From Candidatus Adlerbacteria bacterium (lineage in GTDB: Bacteria; Patescibacteriota; Minisyncoccia; Phycocordibacterales; SBAW01): 42,328 nucleotides of DNA. A program made the position numbers and the translations under genes. Shown here piece by piece: positions 16,184-24,129 of this stretch (positions are counted from its first letter, which is position 1; each line of letters opens with the position of its first letter). The notes under the pieces were generated by a model. That model saw only the letters and a list, made by a program, of their open reading frames with translations. It had not been told where the DNA came from and made no database searches. The stretch is from NCBI GenBank assembly GCA_043784925.1, contig JAYVXU010000028.1:1-42328 (forward strand), read 5' to 3'.

Positions 16184-16582
16184 ATGTTAGATTTTCCCAC
16201 GAAGTTTTTACTAGTACCCTGTGGCAACATGACTCCAGTGGAGCCGTTGGGCTATGAAGTACGTTGGCATGTACCTCAAGAGTCATTTCGTTGGGTATGC
16301 TCGGAAGCCAGTTCGTATCCTCTGATGTTACGGTCGAGGAAATTGATATGGAATGTCTGTGTCTGCGATTATCTTTTAGAAAACCTTGAGCTAGTAGACC
16401 CTTATGCCGGTCAGTGGATACCGTTTATTGGCACCCTTTTTCATGATTCAAAGAGCAACTTGTTTACCACTACTTTACATAAAGAGGATGGTAAGTGGAC
16501 TCGAATGTTGCAGTGGGTTGGATATGGAAACACTATCGCAGATAACCCAGTGGGTAAACTACTACTGAATCAACAACACTAA
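16184..16582 (+). CDS. Hypothetical protein resembling CPR DGR-target (CLec-like) family
   Basis: Pattern DYLLENLELV...WIPFIGTLFHDSKSNLF...L...DGKW....W......NP. Has its own promoter and SD. Confidence 0.55.
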   Translation: MLDFPTKFLLVPCGNMTPVEPLGYEVRWHVPQESFRWVCSEASSYPLMLRSRKLIWNVCVCDYLLENLELVDPYAGQWIPFIGTLFHDSKSNLFTTTLHKEDGKWTRMLQWVGYGNTIADNPVGKLLLNQQH

Positions 16583-16640
16583 TGTGTTGTTATTTTTTTT
16601 ATCTCATGCTTTTATATGCTACTTTGGTACTATCCTATAT

Positions 16641-17408
16641 ATGGAAATTAGTGCTATTAAACTTGCGCCCATGGTGCCACCCCAGGACGACCTTTTGGCT
16701 AAAATTCGAGCTTCAGATTTGAAGTTACAAGAGGGCGATGTGCTCGCCATTTCTTCAAAGGTTGTGAGTATTGGGGAAGGGAGGTGTGTGCCTGTGGACA
16801 CTGCAAACAAGGTGGATTTGATGCACCAAGAGGCGCAACTGTACACCCAACCTAAACATACTGAGCGTTGGGGCTACTTGTTTACTATCACCCACGGTAT
16901 TTTAGGTGGGAGCGCGGGGATTGACCTCAGTAACGGCAACGACCATTTTATTTTGTGGCCCAAGGACCCTATGGCTTCAGCGAATAGACTAAGAAAAGAA
17001 TTGTTGAAAGCATATAAAATCAAAAAACTTGGGGTCGTGATTACAGACTCGACAAGTAGGCCGCTTCGCCGTGGTGCTATGGGTATGGCGCTTTCGTGGA
17101 GCGGGTTTGAGCCACTCTACGACTACCGAGGCACAAAAGACATTTTTGGTCGCCCAATCAAAGTCGAGCAAGCAAACTTAGTTGATGGGTTGGCGGCAGC
17201 CGCCGTACTTGTGATGGGAGAGGGTGCCGAGCAAACTCCACTGGCACTCATGCGAGGAGTGCCCGACAAAATATGGAAAGGCCGCCAAACCAAAAGAGGG
17301 TGGAATAAATTTATAGTGCCCCTCAAAGACGACCTCTTCGCCCCTTTTTTCGCGACAGCCAAATGGAAAAAAGGCGGAGCTTACCGCTCTAAAACTATGA
17401 AGCGATAA
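16641..17408 (+). CDS. CofE-like gamma-glutamyl ligase (probable FolC2-type folylpolyglutamate synthase)
   Basis: GDVLAISSKVVSIGEGR, SAGIDLSN, GVVITDS..RPLRRG, DYRG..DIFGR and LVMGEGAEQTP. Convergent with folA. Confidence 0.85.
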   Translation: MEISAIKLAPMVPPQDDLLAKIRASDLKLQEGDVLAISSKVVSIGEGRCVPVDTANKVDLMHQEAQLYTQPKHTERWGYLFTITHGILGGSAGIDLSNGNDHFILWPKDPMASANRLRKELLKAYKIKKLGVVITDSTSRPLRRGAMGMALSWSGFEPLYDYRGTKDIFGRPIKVEQANLVDGLAAAAVLVMGEGAEQTPLALMRGVPDKIWKGRQTKRGWNKFIVPLKDDLFAPFFATAKWKKGGAYRSKTMKR

Positions 17409-17878
17409 GAAGTGCCTTCGTATTCGTGCTTTTCTTCACTTAAAATTTTTGTAAACTCTTTTTCGTATGGAGGAAAAAAGGTGTCCCCCTCTTTTTCACT
17501 ATCTACAAGGGTTAAATAGAGTTGGTCGACATGCGGAAACACTTGTTCGTATATCTGTGCCCCACCTCCTATAAACACTTCTTCGTGGTCGAGTTCCTGT
17601 GCTTTTTGGAGCGCCTCATCAAACGAGTAACAAACAACGGCCCCTTCGTATGACCATGCCGGGTCGCGCGTAATCACTATGTTTGTGCGTCCCGGGAGAG
17701 CCTTCCCTAACGAAGCGACAATGGAGTCAAAGGTCTTTCGACCCATAATAACTGGGTGCCCGAGTGTAAGGGCTTTAAACCGTTTTAAATCGTCTGGTAT
17801 ATGCCAAAGAAGCTGATTGTTTTTACCAATCGTTCTATCTTTGCCGAGTGCCGCTATGATGCTAACCCGCGGTTTCAT
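17381..17878 (-). CDS. folA: Dihydrofolate reductase
   Basis: IG..N.L.WHIPDDLKRFK, MGRKTFDSI, LPGRTNIV, IGGGAQIY and GDTFFP. Confidence 0.97.
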   Translation of the reverse strand: MKPRVSIIAALGKDRTIGKNNQLLWHIPDDLKRFKALTLGHPVIMGRKTFDSIVASLGKALPGRTNIVITRDPAWSYEGAVVCYSFDEALQKAQELDHEEVFIGGGAQIYEQVFPHVDQLYLTLVDSEKEGDTFFPPYEKEFTKILSEEKHEYEGTSYRFIVLER

Positions 17879-18714
17879 ACAATCATCGGGGCTTTAATAC
17901 TTGGATGACTTTGATAATTCTCGAGTCGTATGTCATCCATAGTAAAATCATCGATATTTTTTATGTCGGGGTTAAGCCAGAGTGTAGGGAGGGGAAAGGG
18001 TTTGCGAGACAGTTGCTCTGATACAGCTTCAAAATGTTCATGATAAATATGTGCGTCCTGAAGTGTGAGTATGCATTCTCCAGGTTGTAGGCCGGTTACT
18101 TGCGCTAACATATGAAGAAGTAGGGAGTACGATGCGATATTGAAAGGTACGCCTAAAAACATATCACAACTTCGTTGGGTCATATGGAGAGACAACTTAC
18201 CGTTTGCTACAAAACATTGAAAGAACATATGACAAGGTGGAAGCGCCATATCAGAAAGTTCGCCCGGGTTCCATGCAGTCACTATAAGACGTCGGTCGTA
18301 GGGAGAAGTTTTGAGTTTTTCTATAAGCTCTACTATTTGGTCCACCCGCTTTCCTTCTGGTGTTTTCCAGTTTCGCCACTGTACACCGTACACACGACCT
18401 AAGTCACTTTTGAATTGGCTTTTGGGAAGCCAGTACGTAGATTCTGCATTGTCCGTCCAAATAGTGCGCTCTGTCTGATTAAGAACTTTGAGGTTTTCAT
18501 CGTTTGCACGCTCCTGGTCTTTCATAGCCAAAAACCACAACAACTCACTTTTAACTGCCTTGAAAGCCAATTTTTTTGTAGTAACCGCAGGAAACCCGTC
18601 AGCCATATTGAATCGCAGTTGTATTGCAAAAAGTGCTCGAGTTGTTGCATTACGACCTATCCGGTCGACACCCTCGTCCATAATCTTCCTCAACACATCA
18701 TTATAAATTTTCAT
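17875..18714 (-). CDS. thyA: Thymidylate synthase
   Basis: LGRVYGVQWR, MALPPCH, QRSCDMFLGVPFN and DAHIY. Confidence 0.98.
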   Translation of the reverse strand: MKIYNDVLRKIMDEGVDRIGRNATTRALFAIQLRFNMADGFPAVTTKKLAFKAVKSELLWFLAMKDQERANDENLKVLNQTERTIWTDNAESTYWLPKSQFKSDLGRVYGVQWRNWKTPEGKRVDQIVELIEKLKTSPYDRRLIVTAWNPGELSDMALPPCHMFFQCFVANGKLSLHMTQRSCDMFLGVPFNIASYSLLLHMLAQVTGLQPGECILTLQDAHIYHEHFEAVSEQLSRKPFPLPTLWLNPDIKNIDDFTMDDIRLENYQSHPSIKAPMIV

Positions 18715-19391
18715 TATTTTTTCTTGATGTCCCGGTCGAGATACAGTTTAGGGAGCATCATTTGCGGCTTCCAACTTTTTTTGAGTTGAGAGATAGTGTC
18801 CCCAGTCTGATATTTTCCAGTTTTGGCATAGTTGGAGTCAAGGATAGGGCCCGTTTCAAAAAAGATTATTTGCGCAATTCGACGGCCAACAATAAGCGGG
18901 ACAAGATAGTTTTTTGAGTTGTTGGTAATCTCCATAGTCCAGCGGTTGATGTATCCAACGTCGCCCCAGCCCGCGCATTTACACACTTCTATAAAGTTGC
19001 GGCCCATTGAGGAGCGCGCCTTCATCATGGTAGTGATATGATTTCGGCCCCCGATAAACTCTTGGGTGTGGGCTAGAACAGTCTCCCCAGGACGAAGAAG
19101 GATCACTCTGTCATTGGGGCTGATCCCATCCCATGTAAAATTATATTTTTGAAAAGCCTCTTTTGCAGTAACAGCGCGTTGAACTTGGTCGGCTCCCCAC
19201 ACATGTTCCATGTGTGATTGGCTCCATATGTTGTAGAGACTGTGATTGTACTTTGAAGGCTGCTCTCGAAAGAAAAATTCGCCAAGGGTTACGTCATAAC
19301 TGGAAGTAGCTAAATTTGCCCGCACAAAGGGCTCAATAACGATGTCACCTTTTTTAATTTCTTCGAGTATGCGTCTATCCGATAGTGCCAT
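18714..19391 (-). CDS. dcd: dCTP deaminase
   Basis: LSDRRI, SSYDVTLG, ARSSMGR, DVGY, TMEI, RIAQIIF and GKYQ. Start reassigned to 19391. Confidence 0.9.
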   Translation of the reverse strand: MALSDRRILEEIKKGDIVIEPFVRANLATSSYDVTLGEFFFREQPSKYNHSLYNIWSQSHMEHVWGADQVQRAVTAKEAFQKYNFTWDGISPNDRVILLRPGETVLAHTQEFIGGRNHITTMMKARSSMGRNFIEVCKCAGWGDVGYINRWTMEITNNSKNYLVPLIVGRRIAQIIFFETGPILDSNYAKTGKYQTGDTISQLKKSWKPQMMLPKLYLDRDIKKK

Positions 19392-19442
19392 GATGTTTTT
19401 TTGTTGCTTCCACTGTAGCATAGAGAGGCCACACTAGACACT

Positions 19443-20075
19443 ATGGACAAAAAAGGAAAATTTATTGTGATTGACGGGCCAGACGGGGCAGGGAAGTCGA
19501 CTGTTATACGCTCTGTCCTCGAGACACTCCAAGCTGAAGGAATTTCGGTTGTGGGTACAAGAGAACCTGGCGGGTCGCCTTTTGCAGAAAAGATTCGGGA
19601 GCTCATTTTGTCTGACGATGCCGAGGCTGCAGATGTGGTCACAATGCTGTATTTATTTAATGCTGCCCGTATTGAACATATAGTTAAAACAATAGAGCCA
19701 GCGCTCCAGAGGGGAGAGGTGGTGATTTGTGATCGTTTTGACTCCACAACATTTGCCTACCAGCTAGTGGGAGGAAATCGCCTCGACCTCACAGATCTTT
19801 TTGTGGAGTTACGAAAACAGTACAGTCATGTGCTGCCTCAGTATATTTTGCTCGATGTTTCGCCTGAGGTTGGTCGTTTGCGTATGCAAGACAGGGGCAA
19901 ACAAAACCACTATGACAGACGCCCGTCTGAGTGGCACGCTCAAGTACGAAGTGGTTTTAAAACTTTTCTCACCACCTACTGTAATCTAGACGAGTATGCG
20001 ATAGTTGACGCATCTCAATTGCCTCAGTACGTCTTTGCTGACACACTTGCCGAGATACGAAAAGTACTTTTGTGA
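19443..20075 (+). CDS. tmk: Thymidylate kinase
   Basis: DGPDGAGKST, TREPGGS and CDRFDSTTFAYQ. Confidence 0.97.
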   Translation: MDKKGKFIVIDGPDGAGKSTVIRSVLETLQAEGISVVGTREPGGSPFAEKIRELILSDDAEAADVVTMLYLFNAARIEHIVKTIEPALQRGEVVICDRFDSTTFAYQLVGGNRLDLTDLFVELRKQYSHVLPQYILLDVSPEVGRLRMQDRGKQNHYDRRPSEWHAQVRSGFKTFLTTYCNLDEYAIVDASQLPQYVFADTLAEIRKVLL

Positions 20076-20137
20076 TACTATTTTTATATGATCTAAGTTT
20101 TTATTCAGCACGAATTTATTCTTTAAACTGATATTTT

Positions 20138-21427
20138 ATGCAGGACTATAACGCTATACAAAACCAAGACAAAGAACTCTACGACATTATCGAAGGCGAG
20201 GAAACTCGGGAGAGGGAGGGGCTCGAGCTCATTCCATCCGAAAATTATGTGTCCCGTGCGGTGAGGGAGGCGCAGGGCTCAATTTTAACCAACAAATATT
20301 CTGAGGGTTACCCTAGGCGGCGCTATTATGGTGGCCAGGAGTGGACTGACCAGGCAGAGTCGCTTGCAATTGAGCGCGTTAAAAAACTTTTTGGCGCGTC
20401 GTTTGCAAATGTGCAACCTCACTCAGGAGCGAATGCAAACATAGGCATGTATTTTGCACTACTCCAACCTGGAGACACGGTGCTTGGGATGGACCTCTCG
20501 CACGGCGGCCACTTGACCCATGGCCACCCCGTCACCTACATCACAAAGTTTTTTAATTTTGTTCGCTACAAAATGAAAGACGTTGAGACGGGTGAAATTG
20601 ATTATGACGAGATGCGCGAAATAGCCAAGGTCAATAAACCAAAAATATTGCTTGCAGGATTCTCTGCCTATTCGCGAGAGCTCGACTACGAGAAGTTTGT
20701 CTCAATTGCGCGCGAAGTCGGGGCGTACGCTGTTATAGATGCCGCTCACATCGCCGGTCTTATTGCCGGCCGGGCAGCAAAAAACCCATTTGACTACGGC
20801 TTTGACGTCATGACTTCGACCACACATAAGACTCTGCGTGGTCCGCGTGGCGGGATTATTCTTACAAGAGGAGATTTACCCGGCCTACCGACGGGCGAAG
20901 AGTTGGCCAAAAAAATAGACAAGGCAATTTTCCCCGGCCTCCAAGGAGGGCCCCTGATGCATATTATTGCTGCTAAAGCAGTTGCGTTTGGTGAAGCGCT
21001 TCACCCATCGTTCCAGACCTATGCAGCCCAGATCCTTCGAAACGCTAAAGCGATGGAGGAAGTATTTAAAACCCAAAACATTCGCATGCTGGGAGGCGGC
21101 ACATCCAACCATTTAATTTTGGCAGATGTGTTTGGTTCGCTCGGCATCCCCGGGAAAGAAGCAGAAAAAGTGTTGGATACTGTCGGAATGACACTTAACA
21201 AAAATGTCATAGCCGACGACACTCGTAGCCCTATGGACCCATCGGGCATTCGTTTTGGCACCCCGGCTATAACTACGAGAGGTTTCAAAGAAGGGGAGTG
21301 TGCACAAGTCGCAGAACTCATGCTCGAAGCGCTCAAAAATAAAAATGACCAAGCAGTGCTCGACCGAATTCACCAAAACATCAAAGATCTCTGCGAAAAG
21401 TTTCCAATTCCTGAGTCGTTTGTGTAA
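20138..21427 (+). CDS. glyA: Serine hydroxymethyltransferase
   Basis: LIPSENY, EGYPRRRYYGG, GGHLTHG and the PLP-lysine motif STTHKTLRGPRGG. Confidence 0.98.
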   Translation: MQDYNAIQNQDKELYDIIEGEETREREGLELIPSENYVSRAVREAQGSILTNKYSEGYPRRRYYGGQEWTDQAESLAIERVKKLFGASFANVQPHSGANANIGMYFALLQPGDTVLGMDLSHGGHLTHGHPVTYITKFFNFVRYKMKDVETGEIDYDEMREIAKVNKPKILLAGFSAYSRELDYEKFVSIAREVGAYAVIDAAHIAGLIAGRAAKNPFDYGFDVMTSTTHKTLRGPRGGIILTRGDLPGLPTGEELAKKIDKAIFPGLQGGPLMHIIAAKAVAFGEALHPSFQTYAAQILRNAKAMEEVFKTQNIRMLGGGTSNHLILADVFGSLGIPGKEAEKVLDTVGMTLNKNVIADDTRSPMDPSGIRFGTPAITTRGFKEGECAQVAELMLEALKNKNDQAVLDRIHQNIKDLCEKFPIPESFV

Positions 21428-21454
21428 TTCGTCACTTTTTTAGATAAAAATTAA

Positions 21455-21477
21455 ACCGCCCTTTTGGAAGGGGCGGT
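21455..21477. terminator. Terminator between convergent genes
   Basis: ACCGCCCTTT-TGG-AAGGGGCGGT, with a T-rich run following on the minus strand. Confidence 0.65.
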
Positions 21478-21490
21478 AGATTTAGAGCAT

Positions 21491-21766
21491 TTACTCTCTG
21501 TACACCTCGGGCCAAGTACTATAGTACGACTCTTCCCCCTGTGCATAGTAGAGAGCGTGCTCCAAAGTGGCGTAGTATGTATATCCTGAAGCAGCAACGT
21601 CTTCTGGACTCATGGTTTCTTGATGGACTTTCCATTTATTTTCATACGGATCCCAAAAAGCCTTTGAATAAGTGCCTCGTAAGGGACACTCCAAAATATG
21701 GTATCCATACATGAGCCCAGCCCCACTGTAGGGGGAAGGCTTAACGATTTTGATTGTGCTAGACAT
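21491..21766 (-). CDS. Hypothetical protein (91 aa)
   Basis: SD AGAGG upstream of the ATG at 21766, an upstream TTGACA box on the minus strand, and a downstream terminator. Confidence 0.6.
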   Translation of the reverse strand: MSSTIKIVKPSPYSGAGLMYGYHILECPLRGTYSKAFWDPYENKWKVHQETMSPEDVAASGYTYYATLEHALYYAQGEESYYSTWPEVYRE

Positions 21767-21927
21767 CGGTTTTCCTCTAAGTGTAAGGGGTTGGGTGCCG
21801 GGGGCAATTCCTTTATATTTATATACTCTTGTCAAGAGCGTCAAATTCTGAAACTGTACTCTCAAGTGCACTACAAAGTTTGTTAGAGTTGATCAAAAAG
21901 TTGTTGTTTCGGGTATACAATAGAGCA

Positions 21928-23031
21928 ATGCAAGCGCTTGGTCAGAAACTCCTTTTGTTTTGGGAAAAACATTCGCGTATCATTAACCTTTCTGGGCTAG
22001 TGTTAGGGTTTGCTTTTGACCTGTGGCTTGCAAAGCGGCCAGACAGTTTTGCAGACAATATTTTGCTGATAACCTATCTTCTTTTGGCAGGAGGGATCAT
22101 TGTGGCGCTCAACATACGGACACTACGGAAAAAAATGGAGGCCGAGCACCCAACTGAGCCACTCCTTTTGCTCCTCCTTTTGCAGTTTTGTTTTGGAGGT
22201 TTGGCAAACAATCTGCTCATTTTGTATGGCAAAAGCGGGACCTTGAGCGGCAGCCTCTTTTTTATTTTTATGCTGGCAGGCTTTGCACTGGGCAACGAGT
22301 TTCTCAAAAGTCGTTACGAGCAATTGCGTTTTAATGTAGCTATCTTCTACTTTTTGCTTTTGACCTACTGCGTCATTGCTGTGCCAACTTTCATAACCCA
22401 CTCAATTGGCACAGGCGCTTTTCTATTTAGCTGCTTTGTAAGCGTTGTGTTTATAGGGGTGTTTTTGTGGGTACTTTTTTACAAAGTGTTTAAGCGTCGT
22501 GAAAAGCAACAGATGATAGAAGTATCGCTCATCCTTACGTCAATTTTATTGGTATTTAATGTATTTTATTTTTTGAATATTATTCCGCCTGTGCCACTAT
22601 CCCTTAAACAAATTGGGGTCTATCACTCCATCGTACGTTCGAGCGCAGGAGAAGCCACCTCGTTTGCAGCCACCTACGAGCAACCCGCGTGGTATGTTTT
22701 TTGGCGTGATACGTCTTCTACATTTACGTATGTGCCGGGGGAAGAGGCGTATTGTTTTAGCGCGGTATTTGCACCGGGCGACCTCTCAACGCCAGTTGTA
22801 CATCGTTGGCAAAAATATAATCAACAAAGCGGTAAGTGGGAAACGCAGTCAAGTTATATATTTTCTATAAACGGGGGGAGGGCGGAAGGATACCGAGGTT
22901 TTAGCCAAAAAAACGTAACGCCTGGAGAGTGGCGCTGCAACATCGAAACCCGCAAAGGCCAAACAATAGGTCGCATTTCTTTTACCGCTAAAGAAGGGAA
23001 TGGCGCAGAGCTGACAGCAACGTCACTATAA
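21928..23031 (+). CDS. DUF2914-domain multi-pass membrane protein
   Basis: About 7 TM helices, then YCFSAVFAP...HRW...GGRAEGYRGFS.K...GEWRC.IE. Confidence 0.85.
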   Translation: MQALGQKLLLFWEKHSRIINLSGLVLGFAFDLWLAKRPDSFADNILLITYLLLAGGIIVALNIRTLRKKMEAEHPTEPLLLLLLLQFCFGGLANNLLILYGKSGTLSGSLFFIFMLAGFALGNEFLKSRYEQLRFNVAIFYFLLLTYCVIAVPTFITHSIGTGAFLFSCFVSVVFIGVFLWVLFYKVFKRREKQQMIEVSLILTSILLVFNVFYFLNIIPPVPLSLKQIGVYHSIVRSSAGEATSFAATYEQPAWYVFWRDTSSTFTYVPGEEAYCFSAVFAPGDLSTPVVHRWQKYNQQSGKWETQSSYIFSINGGRAEGYRGFSQKNVTPGEWRCNIETRKGQTIGRISFTAKEGNGAELTATSL

Positions 23032-23051
23032 TCGGAGGCGTTGCCTCCGAT
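23031..23051. repeat. Short GC-rich palindrome (REP-like or terminator)
   Basis: ATCGGAGGC-GTT-GCCTCCGAT. Confidence 0.5.
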
Positions 23052-23127
23052 TTAGAACTCATTCTCTATGCGCCTAACTGTCTCAGTGGAGAAAGCAAAC
23101 TCATCAAAAATGTAGTACAATATGTTT

Positions 23128-23403
23128 ATGAAAGAGCTGCCACAAAGCGTCAAAGCTTGCCTCTGGTCATATGACGTGGAGCGTTTTGATTTATCTCTGC
23201 CCGATAACCGGGCGCGTTTGATTATCAATGTGTTAAATCGTGGAACAGCTGATGCTATTTCCTGGTTACGAAAAAATTTTAGCGAAGACGAAATTGTAGA
23301 AGTTATTAAAACCTCGAGCGTAAGTAGTTGGGGAAAAAAATCTCTCTCTCTATGGTCGCAAGTGTTTAACGTATTGCCAGAGAAGACAAGTCGCTTTATC
23401 TAA
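23128..23403 (+). CDS. Putative antitoxin (DUF6922-like) of an AbiEii-type TA pair
   Basis: CLWSYDV...IINVLNRG....ISWL...F...EI.EV, 2 nt upstream of the toxin gene. Start is 23122 or 23128. Confidence 0.75.
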   Translation: MKELPQSVKACLWSYDVERFDLSLPDNRARLIINVLNRGTADAISWLRKNFSEDEIVEVIKTSSVSSWGKKSLSLWSQVFNVLPEKTSRFI

Positions 23404-23405
23404 CT

Positions 23406-24035
23406 ATGTTGCATCTCAGTATTTTAGACGATGAGCGTCAGGCAATTTTGCCTCTTTTTGTAAGCTTTAAAGATGATGGATTTTATCTTGCGGGAGGTAC
23501 CGGTTTAGCTCTCCAAATTGGCCATCGTGATAGTATTGATTTCGACTTTTTTAAAGAAGGAGACTTTGAAACTGGGATGCTTGCTGAAAAAATTCAAGAG
23601 GTATTTACTGGCCACTCAATTATTTTTACTCAAAATGAAAAGAACACCCTTTCTTGTGTCATAGATGAAAATGTCCAACTAAGTTTTTTTGGTTTTAGAT
23701 ATCCTTTGCTAAAACCTCTTGTTGCAAATGAGTATTTTGATATTGCATCCGTTGCTGATATTGGATGTATGAAGCTTGCTGCAATTACAAGTCGCTCGGT
23801 TCAAAAAGACTATATTGATCTTTACTTCATTCTTCAGCTGATACCTTTGGTCGATCTTATCGATTTGTCACGTACAAAATATCCGACGCTCGACAGCACG
23901 CTTGTATTAAAGTCGTTAGTGTATTTTGATGATGTCTTACAAGAGCAAATCCTATTTAAGGAGGGTAACAATATTTCATTTGAAGTTGTTAAAGATTTCC
24001 TACAAAACGAAGGAGTGAAATACTTTAAAAAATAG
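23406..24035 (+). CDS. AbiEii/AbiGii-family nucleotidyltransferase toxin
   Basis: FYLAGGTGLALQIGHRDSIDFDFF, MKLAAI..R...KDYIDL and KSLVYFDD. Confidence 0.9.
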   Translation: MLHLSILDDERQAILPLFVSFKDDGFYLAGGTGLALQIGHRDSIDFDFFKEGDFETGMLAEKIQEVFTGHSIIFTQNEKNTLSCVIDENVQLSFFGFRYPLLKPLVANEYFDIASVADIGCMKLAAITSRSVQKDYIDLYFILQLIPLVDLIDLSRTKYPTLDSTLVLKSLVYFDDVLQEQILFKEGNNISFEVVKDFLQNEGVKYFKK

Positions 24036-24129
24036 AATCCCTGTTTTCTCAATTGCTCTATAATCAGAGGCATCGACGCCGAATTAACCTTCTTTTTATA
24101 TAGTCCGGTTTCTGTTACTGTAGGGTCAC

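Noticed and set aside
16641-17408. Coenzyme F420 biosynthesis
   Set aside because: No other cof/fbi genes are in the window, and the folA-thyA-glyA context favours a folate role.
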